A DNA stretch of 58,918 nucleotides from a virus (lineage: Duplodnaviria; Caudoviricetes): IMG/VR virus record IMGVR_UViG_3300046167_000387, positions 1-58,918 of that record. One strand, 5' to 3'. The notes beneath the pieces are model-generated. The model was not told where the DNA came from. It ran no database searches and saw only the letters and a list, made by a program, of their open reading frames with translations. Below, piece after piece: positions 1 to 6,850 of this stretch. The translations under genes and the position numbers were made by a program. The stretch's first letter is position 1; every line of letters starts with the position of its first letter.

Positions 1-31
1 GTTTTACTCATAATGTTTAATTTTAAATTAG

Positions 32-102
32 TTGACTCACAAGGACTCGAACCTTGAATGACGGTACCAAAAACCGTAGTGTTACCATTACACCATGAGT
101 CA
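32..102 (-). tRNA. tRNA-Gln(TTG)
   Basis: Minus strand folds as a cloverleaf: acceptor TGACTCA/TGAGTCA, anticodon stem ACGGT-TTTTGGT-ACCGT, T-arm CAAGG-TTCGAGT-CCTTG; CCA not encoded. Confidence 0.93.
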
Positions 103-104
103 TT

Positions 105-211
105 TGTAACTAGCGAGGAATCGAACCTCGTACTCGTCAGTAGTAATGCCTCGTTAATTAGTTCGTGAAAACGGTTACTAATTCAAACGCACTGCATACC
201 ATACCTAGTTT
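105..211 (-). ncRNA. tRNA-like RNA (acceptor stem plus T-arm, long irregular central hairpin)
   Basis: AACTAG/CTAGTT stem, canonical T-arm CGAGG-TTCGATT-CCTCG, no normal D or anticodon arm; abuts tRNA-Gln. Confidence 0.6.
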
Positions 212-330
212 CCGGCTATTGTGTGATCGTTAATCGTATCTGTCGCCAATCGCTCACATTTATAACTAACTACCACCGCTGTGCCGCTGGGTTCGTAGAT
301 TATAACTTGTTGAGCTTTGTTATTATTCAA

Positions 331-552
331 TTATATTATCGATCCGCTATCGTGTTTAGTTTGTAAATACATTTGCTTGATTGCAAGGTGCATTACTTTA
401 GAGTGTATAGCACCGTATTCGTCGCCGTCTTGAGGGAAATCCGCTAGTTGCCAATCAACACTATCTTCCATTAATTCCAGTGTGACGTCGGCCACTCCTT
501 GCGCTATTTCTTCTAATTTGTTTTCCATGTTACTTACAGTTTTTAAGGTCAA
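331..552 (-). CDS. hypothetical early protein
   Basis: ORF track; co-oriented with the early cluster. Confidence 0.6.
   Translation of the reverse strand: MTLKTVSNMENKLEEIAQGVADVTLELMEDSVDWQLADFPQDGDEYGAIHSKVMHLAIKQMYLQTKHDSGSII
332..367 (-). promoter_or_regulatory. early promoter-like repeat, copy 1 (upstream of the RNA genes)
   Basis: TTTACAAACTAAACACG-N10-GATAATATA. Confidence 0.75.
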
Positions 553-808
553 AGTTCATTAAGTGTCGTATTCTTTCAGTGTGATTTGGTATTAAGTCTC
601 TAGTATAAAAATAGTTTTTACCACGATTTGTAGCGTTGTATCTCTGTTTATTGATTTGGTAAAATCTTTCTGGAGCACCACCTTTAGTGCTTACTCTTAC
701 GTAACCGCTTTCGTAAGTAATACCGATTCTGCCGTCGCTTAATTCAAAATGTAGTGACCCGTTTTTAGTAATTTTTAGTAATTTCATTTTATTAGTTTTT
801 AGGTACAT
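530..808 (-). CDS. hypothetical early protein
   Basis: ORF track; probable start at internal MKLLK. Confidence 0.65.
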   Translation of the reverse strand: MYLKTNKMKLLKITKNGSLHFELSDGRIGITYESGYVRVSTKGGAPERFYQINKQRYNATNRGKNYFYTRDLIPNHTERIRHLMNFDLKNCK

Positions 809-992
809 AAGTTAATCCTTTGTGGTTGAACCACTCTGTAATTCCGTCTTGTTCTTCGTTATCGTCGTAGATAAAAGCGAAGCGAGATGGTAATTCACCG
901 ACGTTATAACCTTTGTATTTTTTACCGCCTAATTTAATTTCGTTTGATTTTAGGTACTTGATGGTCGGGATGTCATTTGAGTATACTTTCAT
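792..992 (-). CDS. hypothetical early protein
   Basis: ATG about 25 nt downstream of promoter repeat copy 2. Confidence 0.7.
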   Translation of the reverse strand: MKVYSNDIPTIKYLKSNEIKLGGKKYKGYNVGELPSRFAFIYDDNEEQDGITEWFNHKGLTYVPKN

Positions 993-1016
993 ATCTTTTG
1001 TTATTTTAAGTTCATA

Positions 1017-1052
1017 TATATTATCAATCGGTGATCGTATTTAGTTTGTAAA
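1017..1052 (-). promoter_or_regulatory. early promoter-like repeat, copy 2
   Basis: TTTACAAACTAAATACG-N10-GATAATATA. Confidence 0.8.
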
Positions 1053-1268
1053 TTGTTTTACTGGTTCGTTGTAGTGATTCCATAGAGCGGTGTGTGAGTG
1101 CTTTCTACCGCGACTACCCGCACCTTTTGCTTTGGTCTTAATACTTTTGTACTGTTTTTCCGTTACTCCACTGCAAGCTCCGTCGATCGCTACAACATTA
1201 TTACGGTGTATAGCATTCGCTACTTTTTGGTTTGCGACGTATTCGCACGCTTCTTTCATTGTCATCAT
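1041..1268 (-). CDS. hypothetical early protein
   Basis: ORF track; its TAA stop lies inside the promoter repeat. Confidence 0.65.
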   Translation of the reverse strand: MMTMKEACEYVANQKVANAIHRNNVVAIDGACSGVTEKQYKSIKTKAKGAGSRGRKHSHTALWNHYNEPVKQFTN

Positions 1269-1278
1269 AGTGTTAGTT

Positions 1279-1362
1279 TTAATTGTTATTATTGATTAAC
1301 CACATTAACTGCGCATACTCTTCATACTCTGTTTCACTTGAAAATTCGTAAAATTCTTTCAT
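1279..1362 (-). CDS. 27-aa acidic micro-ORF
   Basis: Hand-translated MKEFYEFSSETEYEEYAQLMWLINNNN; tightly packed between neighbours. Confidence 0.4.
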   Translation of the reverse strand: MKEFYEFSSETEYEEYAQLMWLINNNN

Positions 1363-1368
1363 ATATAG

Positions 1369-1525
1369 TTATTTTATAAATCCTTCACTATTTTGGTCAA
1401 TAAATTGTTTTAACAATTCTTCTAGTTTTACGGTTTGATAAGGTGATATATCTCCGTGTTTTAGATCGAAATCTTCGGTTATTGATGTAAAATCAATATA
1501 TATAGTTTAGTAGGTTATCTTTCAT
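1369..1525 (-). pseudogene. small early gene frameshifted at a (TA)n tract
   Basis: MKDNLLNYIY* then continues in another frame as IDFTSITEDFDLKHGDISPYQTVKLEELLKQFIDQNSEGFIK*. Confidence 0.5.
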
Positions 1526-1547
1526 ATTTGTTATTATTCATTACATT

Positions 1548-1583
1548 TATATTATCAATTCGGTAACGTATTTAGTTTGTAAA
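1548..1583 (-). promoter_or_regulatory. early promoter-like repeat, copy 3
   Basis: Consensus match; same N10 spacer as copy 4. Confidence 0.8.
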
Positions 1584-1712
1584 TTTAAACTCACTTTTAG
1601 ATTCAGTGATTCCAGCGATTTCTTCGAATTCCGCATTGGTAATTTCACCCTTCATTAACTTTAAATAGTCGGTCGTTACATCTCTCCTAGTTATTCGGTT
1701 TAATACTATCAT
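1572..1712 (-). CDS. 46-aa hypothetical protein
   Basis: Hand-translated MIVLNRITRRDVTTDYLKLMKGEITNAEFEEIAG...KFTN*. Confidence 0.55.
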   Translation of the reverse strand: MIVLNRITRRDVTTDYLKLMKGEITNAEFEEIAGITESKSEFKFTN

Positions 1713-1741
1713 TTACTTTGTTTTTTTTGGTTACACGGTAT

Positions 1742-1816
1742 TTATCGTTTTATTTGGTGTATAGCTTTCGCTATTTTCTTTAGTAATTTTCTTAATTTTC
1801 TTAGTGTTTTCAACAT
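1742..1816 (-). CDS. 24-aa cationic amphipathic peptide A
   Basis: MLKTLRKLRKLLKKIAKAIHQIKR; first ORF after promoter copy 4; paralog at 2355-2429. Confidence 0.65.
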   Translation of the reverse strand: MLKTLRKLRKLLKKIAKAIHQIKR

Positions 1817-1839
1817 TATTACTTATTTTTAAATTCATA

Positions 1840-1875
1840 TATATTATCAATTCGGTAACGTATTTAGTATACAAA
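1840..1875 (-). promoter_or_regulatory. early promoter-like repeat, copy 4 (variant)
   Basis: TTTGTATACTAAATACG-N10-GATAATATA. Confidence 0.75.
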
Positions 1876-2154
1876 AAAGTAGGTACTTTGTTTTAAGGTA
1901 AAAATAGATTAGTGGGTATTACTCTACACCTCAATGTCTCTAACGCCTTGGTATCACTGACTTCGTCTAGTAAAATAGTGTGAGTTTGGTGACCGATTTG
2001 ATCGAATTTACCGACTTATTTGCTTTACTGAGATCTCACTCTTCACCTGTATAGCATTTCGAAACATTCGTGTAGGACGGAGTCTACTCTTCCGGTGTAT
2101 AGCAAAAATACCCAGGCTATTTCTTGCAACGGAACTACCAATTGCAGAGATTTG

Positions 2155-2211
2155 AAAAGTGTGACGTTAGCTTGTTATATTAATATAGTAGCAGGCTATT
2201 GTCGCACTTTT
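2155..2211 (+). repeat. long imperfect palindrome, copy A
   Basis: AAAAGTGTGACGTTAGC...GCTATTGTCGCACTTTT; homologous to 3427-3481 and 55095-55146. Confidence 0.8.
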
Positions 2212-2350
2212 ATGATGAGGTTCCGAACTGATCGATTGCTTTTTGCATCTGCTCTTGAGCTTCAGTCCATTGCAGATCAGCAACTGTTTTCCAGAAGTAT
2301 GATTCATATGTTGATCCGTCTTGTCTTGTTATAATCTTTTTTTCGTACAT
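2210..2350 (-). CDS. 46-aa hypothetical protein sharing [12 protein letters not shown] with the tail protein
   Basis: Hand-translated [46 protein letters not shown]. Confidence 0.6.
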   Translation of the reverse strand: MYEKKIITRQDGSTYESYFWKTVADLQWTEAQEQMQKAIDQFGTSS

Positions 2351-2354
2351 AGTA

Positions 2355-2429
2355 TTATTGTTTTATTGAATGAATTGCTTTAGCGATTAGTTTTAATTCG
2401 TTTATTACTTTCTTGATTACTTTTTTCAT
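2355..2429 (-). CDS. 24-aa cationic amphipathic peptide B
   Basis: MKKVIKKVINELKLIAKAIHSIKQ; first ORF after promoter copy 5. Confidence 0.65.
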   Translation of the reverse strand: MKKVIKKVINELKLIAKAIHSIKQ

Positions 2430-2452
2430 GTTATTATTATTTGTTATTCGTA

Positions 2453-2488
2453 TATATTATCAGTTACTATTCGTATTTAGTTTGTAAA
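2453..2488 (-). promoter_or_regulatory. early promoter-like repeat, copy 5
   Basis: Consensus match. Confidence 0.8.
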
Positions 2489-2522
2489 TGGTAGATGGAT
2501 TAGGGGGTTCCATCAAGGGAGG

Positions 2523-2843
2523 TTATTTAGTTACCTCAACCTCTTGGTCAACAATTTCCGCTAGATGTCTAACATTGGTTGGTAGGTTAGTTGATTGAGA
2601 CCAGTATCCTCTTTTGATCCAACAAGGCATTATGGATAATTTAGGTAACATCGCTTCAAGTATAGTATCGTGGTTGTATGTTACAACTTGATTTTTGTTG
2701 TTGACGAATTTGATTACTTGGTTTCGTCCTAACCATGACTTTCTTACTACAAAGTTCTTACGTTCGATTGGTGGGAAGATCTTTGATTTTTCTTCGTTAG
2801 TCATGTTCGCGATTGCCTGGGTCATTAATTCTTGATTTGTCAT
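2523..2843 (-). CDS. hypothetical early protein
   Basis: 106-aa ORF downstream of promoter copy 6. Confidence 0.75.
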   Translation of the reverse strand: MTNQELMTQAIANMTNEEKSKIFPPIERKNFVVRKSWLGRNQVIKFVNNKNQVVTYNHDTILEAMLPKLSIMPCWIKRGYWSQSTNLPTNVRHLAEIVDQEVEVTK

Positions 2844-2887
2844 AATTTAATTTATTTAGTTATTATTATTATTTACTTATTTACATT

Positions 2888-2923
2888 TATATTATCGAAG
2901 TTACTTCGTATTTAGTTTACAAA
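2888..2923 (-). promoter_or_regulatory. early promoter-like repeat, copy 6
   Basis: TTTGTAAACTAAATACG-N10-GATAATATA. Confidence 0.8.
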
Positions 2924-2959
2924 TTTTAGTTTGATTTCGATGGTTCCTCGAGGGGAGGT

Positions 2960-3124
2960 TTAATTGATTAGATCCATTTGGTTTTCAATTTCTTTGTTGA
3001 CTTCAGTTAGTGTTTTGAAGTGGTAATGTTCTAGAAATGTTGGAGGATCTGTTGAAATATCTTGAGTTAATAAGTCAAAGTATTGTTGATCTTTTGAAAA
3101 AGTAATTTGAAATTGTAAAGTCAT
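2960..3124 (-). CDS. 54-aa hypothetical protein
   Basis: Hand-translated MTLQFQITFSKDQQYFDLL...; downstream of promoter copy 7. Confidence 0.6.
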   Translation of the reverse strand: MTLQFQITFSKDQQYFDLLTQDISTDPPTFLEHYHFKTLTEVNKEIENQMDLIN

Positions 3125-3165
3125 TTTAATTATTTATTTAAGTTATTATTAATTCTTATTACACT

Positions 3166-3201
3166 TATATTATCCGAATATACTCGTATTTAGTTTACAA
3201 A
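3166..3201 (-). promoter_or_regulatory. early promoter-like repeat, copy 7
   Basis: TTTGTAAACTAAATACG-N10-GATAATATA. Confidence 0.8.
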
Positions 3202-3426
3202 TTTTCCAAAATATATATTAGAAAAAATAAAAAAATAGTTATATTAGTTACCGAGCATAACGCAGCAGAAGCTGAGATCTATCGCACAATCCGCAAAAAC
3301 ACTAAGGGGGCTGGTAAAAAATAAGTTAATTCCCGTTTTGGAAAAAAAAATTGTATAGCGTAGCGTAACCCAATAGTTCCCTGTATCTAAAAAAATTTTT
3401 AATATATTTTTTTCGGGTAAGGTAAT

Positions 3427-3481
3427 AAAGTGTGACATTAGCTAGTTATATATAATAGTAAGAGGCTATCGTCGCACTTTT
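3427..3481 (+). repeat. long imperfect palindrome, copy B (before the late arm)
   Basis: AAAGTGTGACATTAGC...TATAAT...GCTATCGTCGCACTTTT. Confidence 0.8.
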
Positions 3482-3514
3482 AACAAGTGTAAAAATAACG
3501 TAATCATACTTTGT

Positions 3515-3769
3515 ATGAGACAACAACTTTCACCCCAAGCAAGAAGAGATAAAGCTGCTAGAGATAAGCGGTATGCGATGACTCCTGAGAGGAAGGCTAA
3601 AAAAGCCCATGCTCAGAGAGAAAGAAGCGCTGCTAAGAAAAAAGGCATGAACCTAGAAGGGCGTGATTATGACCACAAGAGACAGGCTTTTGTATCTATT
3701 AGATCAAACAGAGGAAACGAGGGGCAAGGGACACAAAAAGAACGTGGAGCAAATTACAACACTAAATAA
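3515..3769 (+). CDS. basic protein, possible degenerate HNH nuclease
   Basis: DYDHK...SNRG motif; first gene of the + arm. Confidence 0.5.
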   Translation: MRQQLSPQARRDKAARDKRYAMTPERKAKKAHAQRERSAAKKKGMNLEGRDYDHKRQAFVSIRSNRGNEGQGTQKERGANYNTK

Positions 3770-3801
3770 CATAATATAACATAATACATATATAAAACAT
3801 T

Positions 3802-3892
3802 ATGATTAATTATAATTGGAGTTGCAAAACGGTGGATGCTTATCCGCAGATAGACGGTAACACCAACTAGTGTTACATTAAAGGTAGAATAA
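3802..3892 (+). pseudogene. internally deleted remnant of a small phage gene
   Basis: N-terminal MINYNWSCKTVDAYPQIDGN and out-of-frame C-terminal TPTSVTLKVE*. Confidence 0.5.
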
Positions 3893-3900
3893 TAGCTAAA

Positions 3901-4185
3901 ATGATAAAACAAATAATAAATAATATAGCTAAAGATAAAAAAGACCATGTACTATTAGGTATGTTTGTAGGTTATCCATTAATGATTTTTGGATATATTA
4001 TAGATTTGCTATCAGGATTAAACTTTATAATAATACTAGGTGGTATTTTAGGTATTGTTTTAGTAGGTCTTAAAGAAATAGCTCATGATTGGATAATGGG
4101 TTTAGGCAACCCTGAATGGTGGGATTTCATAGCCTCCGCGATACCTATTGTATTCCCTATGATAGTTTATTTATTAAACAGATAA
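3901..4185 (+). CDS. small membrane protein
   Basis: Three hydrophobic segments; DKxxH and KE...WxD motifs. Confidence 0.7.
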   Translation: MIKQIINNIAKDKKDHVLLGMFVGYPLMIFGYIIDLLSGLNFIIILGGILGIVLVGLKEIAHDWIMGLGNPEWWDFIASAIPIVFPMIVYLLNR

Positions 4186-4276
4186 TAATAAATTAAATAT
4201 ATCCTTAAAATAAGTGATAATACAAATATACCTAAATTACGGTATAAACCAAATGTCAAACTAAAAACCAAAACCA

Positions 4277-4570
4277 ATGACACTATTTTACCAGACCCAA
4301 ACGTGGTCTAACCGAGAAGAACAGAGTAAAGAACGTATTGAACTGTGGAAGCATGTAGCTGACAAAGAAAATTGGCGTATTGTACAGTTAAGTAACGGAT
4401 TTTACCAGACAGAGTATATCTGCAAGTATAATAAAGATTTGTGGAGAGACGTAACAAGACGAGAAACTGTTGAAGAAGCTGAAGAAGCTATAGACCAAAC
4501 GGTAGCTTATTACAAAAATAAACTAGAATTTATAGATGGACCTAAAGTAGTGAAATCATTCAAGCAATAA
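4277..4570 (+). CDS. hypothetical protein
   Basis: ORF track; A-rich leader. Confidence 0.75.
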   Translation: MTLFYQTQTWSNREEQSKERIELWKHVADKENWRIVQLSNGFYQTEYICKYNKDLWRDVTRRETVEEAEEAIDQTVAYYKNKLEFIDGPKVVKSFKQ

Positions 4571-4599
4571 ATATACTCAATTAAATCAAATTAAATTAA

Positions 4600-6153
4600 A
4601 TGGAATACAACAACCCAAGTGAGATTGTAAAAACACTCACATTCGGAAAAGAAGCAAATAGCCAAATAATAACAGGTGTTGAAAAATTAGCAAACGCAGT
4701 GAAGTCTACATTAGGAGCTTCAGGTAAATGCGTAATTTATGAAGACGCCTTAGGCAGACCGGTAATAACAAAAGACGGAGTAACCGTTGCAGAAAGCGTA
4801 GTCTTATTACACCCGGTCGAAAATATAGGGGCAACCTTAATAAAGCAAGCAGCGAGTAATACAGTTAGAGAAGCAGGGGACGGAACTACAACATCGACAG
4901 TCCTTGCTCATTCTCTATTAAAAGTTACAAACAAGCATTTAGATGAAGAAAAAATTAGAGACCTTAAATCAGGCATTATTAGCGGTGCTGACAAAGTTAA
5001 AGTATATCTTGATAAAACCAGTACTCCTGTTAAAGGTGAAATGTTACGAAATGTTGCTATCATTAGCTGCAACAACGACAAAGAGCTTGGGACCAAAATT
5101 GGTGAAGCTTATGAACAAGTTGGAAAAAATGGAGTTGTATTAATGGAACAATCTGAAACAAATGAAACTTATGTAGATTTTGTTGAAGGAGTACAATTTG
5201 ATAGTGGTTTAAAATCACCACACTTAATAACAGACAAGGAGAAGCATACAGCTGTTTTAAACGATCCTTACGTGCTTATTGTCTCTTCGCCTATAGTTAG
5301 CATTAGAAAGATTCAAAACGTCTTAGAACACGTTGTAAAGGCTAAAGGTAGTTTATTGATCGTAGCTGAAGTGGAGCAGCAACCATACGCAACTTTATTA
5401 TCAAACAAAGTTAAAGGTAATATAAAAGTAAACATTGTTGATGTACCTGGTTTTGGTTTAACAAAACAAGACACAATGGAAGACTTGGCTTTGTTAACTG
5501 GAGCTACTATAATAAATGAAGAATTGGGAGATGATCTAGATTTAATAGATCCACAAGTTTTAGGTAGAATTAAAAAATCAGTTACAGATGAAAAGTCAAC
5601 AGTATTACAAATTGGAGAAGACGTTGATGTAGCTACTAGAGTGGAAGAAGTTTCAAAGAGTATAGAAGAAGAAACAAATCCATTCTTTAAAAAGAAATTA
5701 GAACAACGTTTATCAATGCTTACTGGTAAAGTTGGTATTATATACGTAGGAGCTGATTCAGAGGTAGAGCTTAAAGAAAAGAAAGATAGAGTAGAAGACG
5801 CGATACACGCTACGAAAGCGGCTTACAAAGAAGGTATTGTTGCAGGTGGTGGAATTGCATTACTAAATGCAGCAAACAATTTAAAGCCATCCAATAAAGG
5901 TGAAGAGATATTGTTCGAGGCTATTAAAGCGCCATATTATACGATACTAGACAATGCTGACATTGTTGAAATAAAGAAACCGTCAATAAAAAACAGAGGT
6001 ATTGATGTAAGGACTGGTAAAGAAGTTAATATGATAAAATCCGGTATTATAGATCCAGTATTGGTTACTAAATCAGCTCTTAAGAATGCAGTAAGTGTTG
6101 TAACAACTATTGTTTCTGCAGATTGTGTAATTAGTAATAAAAGATTAGCATAA
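4600..6153 (+). CDS. groEL: chaperonin GroEL
   Basis: ITKDGVTVA, AGDGTTT, GIVAGGG and GIIDP motifs; lacks the GGM tail. Confidence 0.97.
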   Translation: MEYNNPSEIVKTLTFGKEANSQIITGVEKLANAVKSTLGASGKCVIYEDALGRPVITKDGVTVAESVVLLHPVENIGATLIKQAASNTVREAGDGTTTSTVLAHSLLKVTNKHLDEEKIRDLKSGIISGADKVKVYLDKTSTPVKGEMLRNVAIISCNNDKELGTKIGEAYEQVGKNGVVLMEQSETNETYVDFVEGVQFDSGLKSPHLITDKEKHTAVLNDPYVLIVSSPIVSIRKIQNVLEHVVKAKGSLLIVAEVEQQPYATLLSNKVKGNIKVNIVDVPGFGLTKQDTMEDLALLTGATIINEELGDDLDLIDPQVLGRIKKSVTDEKSTVLQIGEDVDVATRVEEVSKSIEEETNPFFKKKLEQRLSMLTGKVGIIYVGADSEVELKEKKDRVEDAIHATKAAYKEGIVAGGGIALLNAANNLKPSNKGEEILFEAIKAPYYTILDNADIVEIKKPSIKNRGIDVRTGKEVNMIKSGIIDPVLVTKSALKNAVSVVTTIVSADCVISNKRLA

Positions 6154-6410
6154 TGAAAGCAATTAATTATTATATAATTATAAAGAAGATTAAGGAAGCT
6201 CCGAAGAAAGTAGGTGGTATAGAATTAACAGAGAAACAAAATAGCGACGTTAGGTACTTAAAGGGAGACGTTATCAGTGTTGGTAATAAAGTAGAGGGTA
6301 TATCAGAAGGAGATACAATACGATACGACAAACATGCAGGACACGGAATAGAATGGGATGACTCTTTATATTATGTAATTACAGTTAACGATGTAGTTAT
6401 TGTGGAATGA
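6153..6410 (+). CDS. groES: co-chaperonin GroES
   Basis: GGIEL mobile loop, GDVISVG, EGDTIRY; adjacent to groEL. Confidence 0.88.
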   Translation: MKAINYYIIIKKIKEAPKKVGGIELTEKQNSDVRYLKGDVISVGNKVEGISEGDTIRYDKHAGHGIEWDDSLYYVITVNDVVIVE

Positions 6411-6847
6411 GATTATCTGCATCAGACTTAAAAGAAATAAACTTATTAAAGTATTACAGGCTCGTTAGAAGATGGGCCTGTAAAACTTATGATCTTAAAG
6501 ATGCAGACTTAGAATTATTAATTTACCTAGATTGCAAAGAGTTGTTTACACGTAATGATTTTATTAATGGAGTATACACCTATAGTTGGGATAAAGACCG
6601 GTGGGAACGCTTAAGAAGGAATGGTTGGATTGATGTTTTTAAAGAACGTAATAGAACCAGTTCTAAATACGCCGTATACAAAGTTGCAAACAAAGGAAAG
6701 CTTTTAATTAAAAGAATATACAGAATACTACTAGCAGAGGAAGATTTACCTACCTCATCTAGAAGTGTATTTTACAATAATAAAACATATACAGACAGAG
6801 TTTACAATAAAGCTATTGATGATATGATAAAAGATAAAGATAGATAA
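6407..6847 (+). CDS. hypothetical protein, possible winged-helix DNA-binding
   Basis: Helical pattern, LRRNGWI...YKVANKGK wing. Confidence 0.55.
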   Translation: MRLSASDLKEINLLKYYRLVRRWACKTYDLKDADLELLIYLDCKELFTRNDFINGVYTYSWDKDRWERLRRNGWIDVFKERNRTSSKYAVYKVANKGKLLIKRIYRILLAEEDLPTSSRSVFYNNKTYTDRVYNKAIDDMIKDKDR

Positions 6848-6850
6848 GAT

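Noticed and set aside
105-320. Full-length or permuted tmRNA
   Set aside because: Too short, no tag ORF, and no G3:U70-type alanine acceptor stem
2244-2265. 15-nt match TGAAGCTCAAGAGCA between the early ORF and the holin gene near 10228
   Set aside because: A few 15-mer matches are expected by chance in a 59-kb AT-rich genome
332-3201. 36-bp repeats as a CRISPR array or integron attC sites
   Set aside because: Intervals are hundreds of bp and contain ORFs, the repeat centre is variable and not palindromic, and no cas or integrase gene is present
3244-3438. 64-aa minus-strand ORF starting in palindrome B
   Set aside because: Runs through homopolymer tracts with atypical composition; its MSH start arises from the palindrome arm
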